A stretch of 64,000 nt of DNA from a virus: the IMG/VR virus record IMGVR_UViG_3300034105_002232; one strand, written 5' to 3'. Made by a program: the position numbers and the translations under genes. Under the pieces are notes generated by a model, which was not told the DNA's origin, ran no database searches, and worked only from the letters and a program-made list of their open reading frames with translations. Of the stretch, positions 19,435 to 28,645 are shown piece after piece; the first letter of the stretch is position 1; each line of letters opens with the position of its first letter.

Positions 19435-19934
19435 ACAAACAAGTCCTCGTTCCATTCACGATGGCCTTCTCTAAAAGCCATGTTGCTTTGTGTTTCGCGC
19501 ACTTCTACTCGGTAGCACCACAATCGTTCTGCTTCTGATTGCCCCCACATGTCAGGGATGTACACTCCATTAACATATTTGTAAAGTTGGTCAGCCAGGC
19601 CTTCGCAACCTAATCTAGGTAGTATGGTCAGCTTGGCTAGCTTGCGCCGTTCCATTTCTTTGTAGAACTCCAGCTCAGGATCATCCTCAGCTACCAGCAG
19701 GGTATGATCAAACTGGCTTTCGAGTACGCTTTTGAGTTCTTTAAGCCCACCATAATCAGCAGCCCAGTTGCGGGCATCAAGATTATTAGTACCAAAATAA
19801 AACTTCATGCTAAAACTATAACCGTGAATCAGGTTGCAATGGCTATCGGCTCGCCATTGACGGTATGCTACCGGAAAGGCATTGTGATACTCTTTGGTAC
19901 TGGTAAATTTGTATTGTACTGGTTGTAGTGTCAT
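19431..19934 (-). CDS. queD: 6-carboxy-5,6,7,8-tetrahydropterin synthase
   Basis: CNLIHGY (CxxxHG), DYG.LK, FDH, VRET. Confidence 0.92.
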   Translation of the reverse strand: MTLQPVQYKFTSTKEYHNAFPVAYRQWRADSHCNLIHGYSFSMKFYFGTNNLDARNWAADYGGLKELKSVLESQFDHTLLVAEDDPELEFYKEMERRKLAKLTILPRLGCEGLADQLYKYVNGVYIPDMWGQSEAERLWCYRVEVRETQSNMAFREGHREWNEDLFV

Positions 19935-19940
19935 TGTATT

Positions 19941-20017
19941 GCTCCTATGTGTAATAATAACATAGGCTGTAGAATTTGTAAAGCGGGATAAAGCCAGAAA
20001 GGCCGCTGTGTAGAATT
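19941..20017 (-). promoter_or_regulatory. candidate cis-regulatory RNA (riboswitch-like) in the queD leader
   Basis: Hairpin AGCGG/CCGCT followed by hairpin CCTATGT/ACATAGG that overlaps the AGGAG SD; TAAATA box directly upstream. Confidence 0.5.
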
Positions 20018-20021
20018 ATAT

Positions 20022-21509
20022 TTATGTTTGTTTTAGTAACATATATCTATTTTGTGGATTTTTAAAACTTACAAAACTCTGTTCAATTGAGGACAGTGAA
20101 AAACCAGCATTCCATAATGGCCAGCTGTATTTAATACCTTCTTCCATAATTCTCAGATGGCGGCGGACTCGTTCTTTAAAGTCAAACTCTGGTCTTGCAG
20201 GATCTAACCAAAATTTTGTATTCATATGCCCGGTAGCTGCGTCTTGTTGAAAAACAAAATTTTTATTAATTGCAATTGACTCTAAATGTGTATCGGGCAA
20301 CACACTTAATAGATTTAAAGTTTCGACCCCAATAATAGTACCACTTGCAACATATTTTTGCCATCTAGAAAACATTTGTAATGTCTCATTATAATCTTCA
20401 ATGGTTTCAGATATGTATCCTGTAAAGAATAAAAAAAGAATCTCGATGCCATGTTTTTGAAAATTTTCTAAATAAAATTCAATGTCATCATTGGTAAATT
20501 TTTTACCAATTTCAAATCTAATCCGATCACACCCAGATTCAATACCAGCATATAATCGTTTTCCTCCTCCTTCTTTGATCAAATCAAAATGATCTTTTGG
20601 AGTAGTTTCCTTGGATCGTATTATATATTGTCCGGACCACGATATTGGTGTGTGAAATCTATAATTAGCTAAAGTATTGCACATGTCGTTAAATGCCTTA
20701 AAACTGCCGTTTATTAGACTGTCTGCAAAGTAAAAATCAGTAACTCCGTATGTTTCGTAATGTTGTATAATTTCGCTAGCAATGTTCTGACCTGATCTAA
20801 ATTGATATTTGGGAGTTGTTACTCTAACGTCACAGAACGTACAATCTCTAACACATCCTCTGCTGCCAATAATATTAAATTCTAATTTGTTTTCATCGTT
20901 ACGATACGCTGTTAAGTCATAGTATGAATAATCCGGAAACGGATACTGATCCAAATTAGTTATCTGTACAAAGTCCAAATTTCCTATACCTGGACCTGAG
21001 CTATGCTTGAAATATTGTATTAGCGATTCTTCGGCCTCGCCTACAATATACTCATCAATTAGATTATTGTCTTTAAGAATAGTACCATAAGTTTTACTAT
21101 TTCCAATTACTCTTTTAATTCCTGCACCACCAATTATAATTTTAGCCTTGGATTTTTTCCTAATGCTTGGTAATAGAATATTAGTAAATGATTGTGCCAG
21201 ATATGAAAATAAACTAACTATAATGTAATCAAAACTACTAACTTGAATCTGATCTAGATAATTTAGTAACCATTGATTAATTATTTCTTTTTGGTCTGCG
21301 GAATAATCAGACACCATCTCGTAAAAAACATCGTCAAAAAAAGAATCAGGTTTATTGATATTTCTTAAATATTCACGTAAGTGTATATTCATATCTTTGG
21401 CCGAGACATCGTGCCCAATACTAGCACAGAGACTCGCTAATATTGCGCCACTTAACGGAGGCCGTAGATGATCAAGAGGCGGCACATGTAATATTAACGT
21501 CTTAATCAT
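20022..21509 (-). CDS. B12-binding domain radical SAM protein
   Basis: N-terminal B12-like domain (IIIGG, GEAE); SRGCVRDCTFC; GIESG. Confidence 0.88.
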   Translation of the reverse strand: MIKTLILHVPPLDHLRPPLSGAILASLCASIGHDVSAKDMNIHLREYLRNINKPDSFFDDVFYEMVSDYSADQKEIINQWLLNYLDQIQVSSFDYIIVSLFSYLAQSFTNILLPSIRKKSKAKIIIGGAGIKRVIGNSKTYGTILKDNNLIDEYIVGEAEESLIQYFKHSSGPGIGNLDFVQITNLDQYPFPDYSYYDLTAYRNDENKLEFNIIGSRGCVRDCTFCDVRVTTPKYQFRSGQNIASEIIQHYETYGVTDFYFADSLINGSFKAFNDMCNTLANYRFHTPISWSGQYIIRSKETTPKDHFDLIKEGGGKRLYAGIESGCDRIRFEIGKKFTNDDIEFYLENFQKHGIEILFLFFTGYISETIEDYNETLQMFSRWQKYVASGTIIGVETLNLLSVLPDTHLESIAINKNFVFQQDAATGHMNTKFWLDPARPEFDFKERVRRHLRIMEEGIKYSWPLWNAGFSLSSIEQSFVSFKNPQNRYMLLKQT

Positions 21510-22038
21510 CTAATGTTTTTTTTATTTGGGCAATCTTATTTGATATTGTTTGGTGATCAAATTTATCACGACCGCTATATGTCTGAGATGTCAACACATG
21601 ATTTTTTATAAACTTCTCCTGTATGATCCAATTTAAAACTGGGTTAGTAACAGCAATTTTGATGGTACCATTTGTATAAAATCCCTTGGTGTTAAAAAGA
21701 CCAACCTTGTGGTCAATCATAATTGGAAGATTTCTAATCCAGACTTCCTCCATTGATATGTCGTTTATTTTAAAATTGTTAAACACAACGGATTTATCAG
21801 CAAGAATGTTTCTATCCAAATCTAGCACAGTGTCCCAAACACCATCCTGACCAAATTTTTTGCCTATGCCAGAAATTTCAATTAAGTAGCTGTTTGATTC
21901 TGGTGCAACAACGCTTAAAATTTGATTACCTTGAATTTCTCCGTTAAAATGTAGCATATTGTTTATTTTTATATTTAACGTAGGCCAAGATGCTCCCTGA
22001 TTGCCGGTAACATCAAGCAGTAGGGTTAATGCCACCAT
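21502..22038 (-). CDS. hypothetical protein (radical SAM-associated, beta-rich)
   Basis: ORF coupled to the radical SAM gene; resembles 46941-47405. Confidence 0.6.
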   Translation of the reverse strand: MVALTLLLDVTGNQGASWPTLNIKINNMLHFNGEIQGNQILSVVAPESNSYLIEISGIGKKFGQDGVWDTVLDLDRNILADKSVVFNNFKINDISMEEVWIRNLPIMIDHKVGLFNTKGFYTNGTIKIAVTNPVLNWIIQEKFIKNHVLTSQTYSGRDKFDHQTISNKIAQIKKTLDD

Positions 22039-22577
22039 GACTCGTACGGGAACTCAATCCATACGTCCTGTTCGGATTTGTTGATCTCTTCGCCAACATA
22101 GCTGGTACTGATGTTGGATTCGCTAGCAAGATTATCATACAGCACAGCAAATCGCACATTGTTGCCCCAAACATGTTCCCAGTCTGGATCAGCTGGCAAA
22201 CAACTGCCTTGCCAATCTTGCATGATCCAGTTGATAGTAGCGCCGCTGTCATTGATATCATCAACAATTAATATTTTTTTAGCAAATGTAGGGTCGCTAC
22301 GCTTGCTAATACCTTCACGGAACGGACCTTCGGGTATGTATCCAAATGCATCCTCGGCCATCCAGCAGTTGCTTTCGCACTGCCCGCCATCACGTAAACT
22401 GACCTTGAGCATTTCGCAAGGGACGTCAAAGTAATGACTAATCATCACAGCAGGAACAGCGCCGCCACGAGTGATGCCCACAACATAATCGGGGCGCCAA
22501 TCATCAACAGCAATGTCTCTACAAATTTTACCCACAAGCCCAGTTAACGCTTTATTAGTGACAATTAATTTATTCAT
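22026..22577 (-). CDS. type I phosphoribosyltransferase (purine/Gpt-like)
   Basis: VVGITRGG, PRPP loop ILIVDDINDSGAT, W.EFPYE. Confidence 0.9.
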   Translation of the reverse strand: MNKLIVTNKALTGLVGKICRDIAVDDWRPDYVVGITRGGAVPAVMISHYFDVPCEMLKVSLRDGGQCESNCWMAEDAFGYIPEGPFREGISKRSDPTFAKKILIVDDINDSGATINWIMQDWQGSCLPADPDWEHVWGNNVRFAVLYDNLASESNISTSYVGEEINKSEQDVWIEFPYESWWH

Positions 22578-22765
22578 TAGTCACGTTCCATTTCAGCTGC
22601 TTCCTTGATGAGGGCTGTCAGTTCCGCAAAGTCCTTGCAAAGAACTTTGGCAGTAACCCATTCTTCGTTGCTGTTGCGTCCACCAACTTCAACCATGTAG
22701 CCATTGTCATACATGTAGACAGTGAAGTGGTCGTTACATTTTGTTAGTTTATTGTTGAGTTTCAT
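22577..22765 (-). CDS. hypothetical protein
   Basis: 62-aa ORF with GGAG RBS. Confidence 0.65.
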   Translation of the reverse strand: MKLNNKLTKCNDHFTVYMYDNGYMVEVGGRNSNEEWVTAKVLCKDFAELTALIKEAAEMERD

Positions 22766-22783
22766 TGCATCTCCGTGATTGAT

Positions 22784-23086
22784 TTATTTCTTCCAAAATT
22801 TGGCCTTGTCTAAAGCGGTTTTCTTTGGTTCTGATTTTTGCGGTGGCTCGGGTTCAGGTGGTGTTGTTCGAACAGGCAAATCTGATTTAAGCATGTTTTT
22901 GATCAACAGCACTGTTCTTTCTAATTCCTTGTCGGCTATTACTTTGATAGCCAATAATTTACTATCGTAATTGTTTGCACCATCAAGCAAGCCGGCTGGT
23001 ACTTTCATTGTTTTTTTTGGTTTAAGTGAGTCTAGTTGTTTCTTTAATGCTGCTGCGTCATTGTTATTATTATTTTCGTCGGACAC
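22784..23086 (-). CDS. hypothetical protein
   Basis: 100-aa ORF. Confidence 0.55.
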   Translation of the reverse strand: MSDENNNNNDAAALKKQLDSLKPKKTMKVPAGLLDGANNYDSKLLAIKVIADKELERTVLLIKNMLKSDLPVRTTPPEPEPPQKSEPKKTALDKAKFWKK

Positions 23087-23121
23087 TTTATTTTCCTATC
23101 AAACTAGATAGGACAAATATC

Positions 23122-23931
23122 CTATCTAGGTGCAAACTCCTGTTGCAATTTAATGTTGTCGAAGAATTCCTTCTTAACACTGGAGTCGGTTTTAAACGCA
23201 CCCTGAAGAACTGTAGTTTGTGTCAAACTACTATGTGCCATAATGCCACGGTTTTCACAACACCCGTGCGTTGCTTGAATATAAACTGCAACATTCTCAC
23301 TGCCTGTTGCTGACATAATTTCTCGAGCAATATCATTACATAGCTCTTCTTGCAACGTACCTCGCCTAGCACACCATTGTGCTATACGTGTATATTTACT
23401 CAAGCCAATTAATTTTTGGGCTGCAATGATACCAATATAGGCAACTCCAGCCACTGGCTGGTGATGGTGGCTGCACATGCTGCGTAACTCACTGCGTACA
23501 ACCAGCATACCGTCGTAACGATCTGCACTATCATTGGGAAAAGCCGTTGCTTCGGGTGCAGTTTCGTACCTGCCTGCCATTATTTCGTTAAAATACATCT
23601 TGGCAAGTCTACGTGCGGTGCCTTGGCTGTTGGGATCTGTTTCGCGATCAATTAGTAATGCATCTAATACCCCCTCAAATGCTTCTGTGGCTTCATTGAT
23701 CAAATGTTCGCGATCTGAATTGGCCACATAGTCGCTGATGTTGTCGCCTGCCCAGAAGCGTTTGTTGTCAGCTCGCATTCGTTCACGTAGGGCAGCACTC
23801 AGCAGTTTTTCTTTTTTAACACCAGGTTGGTCTACTGCACGAACGTACAATGGTGATGGTACTACTAAAGGTACAAACTCTGTTGGTGGTGGTTGATTTA
23901 ATACTGGATCTGGGGTAAATTCTGTTGTCAA
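23122..23931 (-). CDS. folE: GTP cyclohydrolase I
   Basis: TARRLAKMY, SMCSHH, GLSK..R, LQE, HGC...RG; TTG start after GGAG. Confidence 0.96.
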   Translation of the reverse strand: MTTEFTPDPVLNQPPPTEFVPLVVPSPLYVRAVDQPGVKKEKLLSAALRERMRADNKRFWAGDNISDYVANSDREHLINEATEAFEGVLDALLIDRETDPNSQGTARRLAKMYFNEIMAGRYETAPEATAFPNDSADRYDGMLVVRSELRSMCSHHHQPVAGVAYIGIIAAQKLIGLSKYTRIAQWCARRGTLQEELCNDIAREIMSATGSENVAVYIQATHGCCENRGIMAHSSLTQTTVLQGAFKTDSSVKKEFFDNIKLQQEFAPR

Positions 23932-24061
23932 TTGTGTTCTCCGAGTTAAGGACGTGGATGTCAAAGTATTAATATCTCTTGAGATATTAATTTAGATTTT
24001 ATCTTATTAGTAAATTCTGTATTGTTTATATTTTAGCAGTATTCACTAATAAGAGCAAAAA

Positions 24062-25189
24062 TTATTCTTCCCAAACATATGGGCCAGATTTTTGTACAGC
24101 AAAAGTTAAATACGATTCAATTTTTTCTAAATCTGCTGAAGTTTTTAAACTAGTAACTTCGTTAGCAAAGTGTAATTCAACTCCTAAGTCTAACGCCAAA
24201 TTTAAAATTTCTTTGCGTCTTTCTGCATCGTCGGTTAACGAATATATACTACACATTACTATACCGTCTGGCTTTTGTTTGATGTAATGTTCTAGTGCTG
24301 GTTGCCAATCCATATGCTCGTTGTCTGTTAGATAATCATTATAACTAATTTTATTTTTTACACAATATTGTTCTATAATAGAACGTTGCATAGGTAATGT
24401 TTGCCATTTACTAAAAGCACTACTCCATCCTGCATAAGTAACAAATTTTCTTCCGGTATTATCCGAAATCCTTGCACCTTCGTAGTCGCCTGGTAACCGC
24501 ATAAATCCTCCTGGGTTTCTACGCAAATATTCTTCTCCTTCAACCAGGATACGCATATCCATACTGACTCTAGTATAATTTTCTTTATTGTCTACATTAC
24601 CGTGCAAGTGTTCTTGTAAAAATAAGTGACTTTGGCCTGTATTCAAGGTTACTGGTTGTGCATAACGTAAACATTCTTTTTCAAATTTTTCTAAGCTCCA
24701 TTTTTCACTTAACACTTGCTTAGTAAGTTGCCTACTAATAGCTAAATCTAATATCCACATAGTATTAGTTTTCTCTGCGCGAGTAAAAGGTGTCCAAATG
24801 GTTCTGCAACCTCTACCATTGCCTACAAATATGCCCTGATGAAACCATAATCTGCGTCCTGCCTGTGCCTGATTAGGTATAACGACTCGTAGCGTACCTT
24901 GTCGTTGTATTAAATACTTTTTATAATTAATTCGTTGTGGAATATATTCTTCTACAAATTTATCAAATTTCTCCATGAAATCTTTTCTGCTGCATGCATT
25001 TTGCACATGGGCCGCAACCTTGACTATTTCAGCAGGATTTAGAACTTCGTGTAAAGTTTCTAGTTCTTTTACGTGTGGCATTATTTCTTGTATAATAGAC
25101 AATGCCCAAGCAGGCCAATTATACTTTCCTAAATTATAATTTAGAGTTTTGTTATTCCACTCTTTTTCGGTTATTTTTAGTTCTGTCAT
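24062..25189 (-). CDS. 2OG-Fe(II) oxygenase-like domain fused to a carbohydrate-cluster/resolvase-fold C-terminal domain
   Basis: H...(I)WTP...HGN..N...TRVSMDMR; C-terminus Q..II..YC...DGIV..SIYSL...LHFANE. Confidence 0.55.
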   Translation of the reverse strand: MTELKITEKEWNNKTLNYNLGKYNWPAWALSIIQEIMPHVKELETLHEVLNPAEIVKVAAHVQNACSRKDFMEKFDKFVEEYIPQRINYKKYLIQRQGTLRVVIPNQAQAGRRLWFHQGIFVGNGRGCRTIWTPFTRAEKTNTMWILDLAISRQLTKQVLSEKWSLEKFEKECLRYAQPVTLNTGQSHLFLQEHLHGNVDNKENYTRVSMDMRILVEGEEYLRRNPGGFMRLPGDYEGARISDNTGRKFVTYAGWSSAFSKWQTLPMQRSIIEQYCVKNKISYNDYLTDNEHMDWQPALEHYIKQKPDGIVMCSIYSLTDDAERRKEILNLALDLGVELHFANEVTSLKTSADLEKIESYLTFAVQKSGPYVWEE

Positions 25190-26106
25190 TGATTTTTCCT
25201 TAAAAATTTTAATAAATCAATAGTGTCATTGATACCGTTACTAAGGCTAACTTTAGGTTTCCACCCTAAAGTTTGTGTGATTAAATTATGATCGCTGTTT
25301 AGGTAATAGAGTTCACCAGGCCTAATAGGTTTTGAATCCCAAATAATTTTTCCTTGCCAGTTCAATTTATTAGCAATTAATTGTGCATAATCCTTGATCT
25401 TAATAGGATTGTCTGGTCCTAATGTGAAAGTTTTGCCTTCGCACAAGGTAGGATTATTAATTACTTGCTCCCATGCGTCAACTAAATCATCAATGTAGAT
25501 AAAGTTTCTATAAGGTTCTGCGTATCCTAAAGAAATTTCGTTAGGATTACTTAACATTTGTGAAATAATTTGTTCAGTTACAAAAAAGTTATTATCTTTT
25601 CTGCCGTAGCTATTTGTTTGCCTAATTATTGTAAACGGTAAATTTAAACAACGTCTAGCATATTCTAAATATTTTTCAACGCCAAATTTAGCAATAGAAT
25701 ATGGAGCATTGGGACTGGGTATAGTGTGTTCGTTAAACGCTATAAATTTATCAGGAATCAAATTTAGTTTTACTTCGTCGCTAATTGGTTGCCACCCATA
25801 TACCTCCATTGTGCTAGCAAAAACAAAGTTTTTTAAATTTTTAAGTTTACTAGCGGTTTCAATTAAGTTAACGCTACCTACATAATTAATTTGACTGAAA
25901 GTAATTTGTTCGTAAAAGCTTTGTTCAACTTCTGTTCTAGCAGCTAGATGAACTATTATTTCTGGATTGGACTCTATTACTTCTTTAGTTACTTCGGCAA
26001 AATTAAGTAAATCATTTTTTAAAAAATGTAACTCATTATTATGCCCAAGTCTAGCAGATAGGTAGGATCCTATAAAACCGGAATGTCCGGTAATTAAAAT
26101 TTTCAT
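25186..26106 (-). CDS. NAD-dependent epimerase/dehydratase (NDP-sugar 4,6-dehydratase-like)
   Basis: TGHSGFIG, HLAA, STMEVYG, PYSIAK. Confidence 0.9.
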   Translation of the reverse strand: MKILITGHSGFIGSYLSARLGHNNELHFLKNDLLNFAEVTKEVIESNPEIIVHLAARTEVEQSFYEQITFSQINYVGSVNLIETASKLKNLKNFVFASTMEVYGWQPISDEVKLNLIPDKFIAFNEHTIPSPNAPYSIAKFGVEKYLEYARRCLNLPFTIIRQTNSYGRKDNNFFVTEQIISQMLSNPNEISLGYAEPYRNFIYIDDLVDAWEQVINNPTLCEGKTFTLGPDNPIKIKDYAQLIANKLNWQGKIIWDSKPIRPGELYYLNSDHNLITQTLGWKPKVSLSNGINDTIDLLKFLRKNQ

Positions 26107-26678
26107 ATAATTGTAATTTGTCGCAAATCAGGATATTGATGATATTCAGGTAATTTGTTGATGGTAGTTAATTTTTCTAAACCAATTTTTGCGTCTTCGA
26201 TAGTGGGTCTATAGTGATACCCAATCTTGAACGTGCATTGTGATTCCCAAGGCGCAACAGATAATCTGCGTCCGTCGTATCGTTGTTCAATTATGGTACT
26301 GTATGCCTGTGCATCATCTAACAGTATAGCACCACCATGCCCTATATGTAAAGGTTTATTGTGCCCAAAACTCAGACACTGCATTTGTCCCGCACGATAC
26401 ATGTTTCTTTCCAATCTACGTGCGCTATCCCAGATGTTAGTGCCGTGAAACGGATATTCACCAACCCAGGTTTCTTCGGTGTACAAATATGCAATGCCCA
26501 ACTTGTGCATGGTCATTGGTATACTAAGATAGGTGAATGGAGTAAATGCTGTTTGAGTGACAGCATGGTATCGTAGACACATTTCAATCGCATGAGTACA
26601 ACAGTCGGTCATTATGGCATAAGGTGCACCAGTGTACTCGGCTAATGCCTGTTCAAATTTTAATATTTGATCAAACAT
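26103..26678 (-). CDS. short DegT-like PLP aminotransferase
   Basis: FE..LAEY.G, WDSA, SFGHNKPL..G.GG. Confidence 0.75.
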   Translation of the reverse strand: MFDQILKFEQALAEYTGAPYAIMTDCCTHAIEMCLRYHAVTQTAFTPFTYLSIPMTMHKLGIAYLYTEETWVGEYPFHGTNIWDSARRLERNMYRAGQMQCLSFGHNKPLHIGHGGAILLDDAQAYSTIIEQRYDGRRLSVAPWESQCTFKIGYHYRPTIEDAKIGLEKLTTINKLPEYHQYPDLRQITII

Positions 26679-27678
26679 TTTTTATATTTTGAACAAGTTG
26701 TTGTATATCGTTGGTATACCGTTTACCTAAATCAATGTTGTAAAACAATTCCATATTTTTTTTCCTCCTGTTATGTGTTTTGATAAAAATTTCATGTAGA
26801 TTTTCTTTGACTAAATCATCTAATATCTCATGAAGTTTAAACATTCTTTTAAATGGATCTGGTTCTATATCATAGTAATCATGATTTATGATATCGTCGA
26901 ATGTATCAATCCCGTAGCCTCTCAGATGTTCAACAGAACCTGCACAACTAAACAATAAAAATAACTGTCCAGCTGCAATAGGTTTCCAAGTTTTTTCTGA
27001 TATAAAAAAATTGTGTGCAACGGTAGTTTCGGTTACTAAATTTATGTAGCTGTTACGATATGCAGGATGTGACAGGTCTATATGGTGAGAACAAATATTT
27101 GTATCTCCAAACATAGGTAAATTAGCGCTAACATTATCCCATTCGGTAATTATATTGTTAGGAAGCAGAGGTTCGTCACCTCTGTTGTTTTTTATATTAA
27201 CTGGATCTGTGTGTATACTAAAAAAACAATCATCATAGTATGATTTATTTTTTAATACCAAATAATTGTAAATTCTGTGAGGTCGCGGAGTGCCATTTAA
27301 ACAGCAAACTTTGTATCTTCGTTTTACACGATTGATTCTGTTATTACCAATTGCTTGATCTTTAAGAACATTTTTTAAAAAATAATAATAAAATGGATGA
27401 TATACTAAATTTGATTTTTGTAAATGATGGGAGGAATCCGACGACAGTATCAGAAAGTTTAGCAGATAAGTTTTTATTTTGTCGTGTAGATCAAACGGAA
27501 TATTACCAAAATTACTATCACTAAAGAAAATAACTAAAATTTTATTTTTATCTGTAGTGATCAATGTGCGGTCATTCAAATCAATGCATTTGCATCCGTC
27601 AATGAATACAAAATTAGGATCTGTTAGACTATACAATCCATTTTGTAGATAATCAGGAAGGTCAGGAAGGGTCAGCAT
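26671..27678 (-). CDS. GT10-like/hypothetical glycan-modifying protein
   Basis: CLNG..RPHR and SYINLVTET...FISEKTWKPI...G.DTFDDII. Confidence 0.55.
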   Translation of the reverse strand: MLTLPDLPDYLQNGLYSLTDPNFVFIDGCKCIDLNDRTLITTDKNKILVIFFSDSNFGNIPFDLHDKIKTYLLNFLILSSDSSHHLQKSNLVYHPFYYYFLKNVLKDQAIGNNRINRVKRRYKVCCLNGTPRPHRIYNYLVLKNKSYYDDCFFSIHTDPVNIKNNRGDEPLLPNNIITEWDNVSANLPMFGDTNICSHHIDLSHPAYRNSYINLVTETTVAHNFFISEKTWKPIAAGQLFLLFSCAGSVEHLRGYGIDTFDDIINHDYYDIEPDPFKRMFKLHEILDDLVKENLHEIFIKTHNRRKKNMELFYNIDLGKRYTNDIQQLVQNIKNV

Positions 27679-28645
27679 CTCTAGTATACCATTTGTATGC
27701 ACTATCAATTAACTGATTGATAGTTGAGTAGTTGGGTTTCCATTTTAGTAAAGTATAAGCCACTGTGTAATTGGCAACCAGACGATCCGGGTCACCAGGG
27801 CGTCTTGGACCTACTGCGACCGCAATGCCATTGTAGTTCAGCATCACATAGTCAATGATTTCTTGGTTGCTGATACCATGCTCAGTACCAAGATTCATTA
27901 CCGCAGCATGTTTCTCAACTTGATTGTTCATCCAATCAATGGCACGTATATGTGCATCTGCCAAATCCCATACATGTATATAATCACGTATACAAGTACG
28001 ATCTGGGGTGTCGTAATCAATACCGTTCAAAGTAAATGTTTGACCAGCCAACTTGGCTTCTAGTATCCTGGCAATGATATGACTGGCACCAGGTGCTTGT
28101 CCAAGATCATGTGCGAAAGGCTCTGCTCCGGCTGCATTGAAATATCTAAAACACACACTGGGAACGCCGTATGCTGCATGATAATCGCTCAACATGCGTT
28201 CAGTCACATGCTTGCTAACACCGTAGGGACTGATAGGCAATTTGGGATCTGATTCATACACAGGTACAATCGCAGGATTGCCGTACACACTGGCACTGCT
28301 ACTAAACAGTATCAGGGGTTTTTTGTCTAAATCCTTTACATGTGTCAGCAGTGTAATAGTTTTTGCAATGTTGTTTTCGTAGTATTCTGCAGGATTGACC
28401 ATGCTTTCGCCAACCAAACTACTGCCTGCACAATGCACAATCACGTCAGGCTGTATCTCACTAATCCACAGCAAACTACTTTTACTAGCATAATCTTCGT
28501 GTAAATATCCATCTATGCCTTTAAGGGTGTGATCTCTGCGCACACGGTCAATGGTGTAGACCCGATTATCTTTGTCGTGTTGCTTTAATGCTCGTGCGAT
28601 GTGGCTACCAATGTAACCACATCCGCCTGTGATAACTATTTTCAT
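27662..28645 (-). CDS. galE: UDP-glucose 4-epimerase
   Basis: TGGCGYIGSH, VGES..NP..YY.NN, SSSASVYG, PYG.SK, RYFNAAGA, RDYIHV.DLA. Confidence 0.93.
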   Translation of the reverse strand: MKIVITGGCGYIGSHIARALKQHDKDNRVYTIDRVRRDHTLKGIDGYLHEDYASKSSLLWISEIQPDVIVHCAGSSLVGESMVNPAEYYENNIAKTITLLTHVKDLDKKPLILFSSSASVYGNPAIVPVYESDPKLPISPYGVSKHVTERMLSDYHAAYGVPSVCFRYFNAAGAEPFAHDLGQAPGASHIIARILEAKLAGQTFTLNGIDYDTPDRTCIRDYIHVWDLADAHIRAIDWMNNQVEKHAAVMNLGTEHGISNQEIIDYVMLNYNGIAVAVGPRRPGDPDRLVANYTVAYTLLKWKPNYSTINQLIDSAYKWYTRDADPS

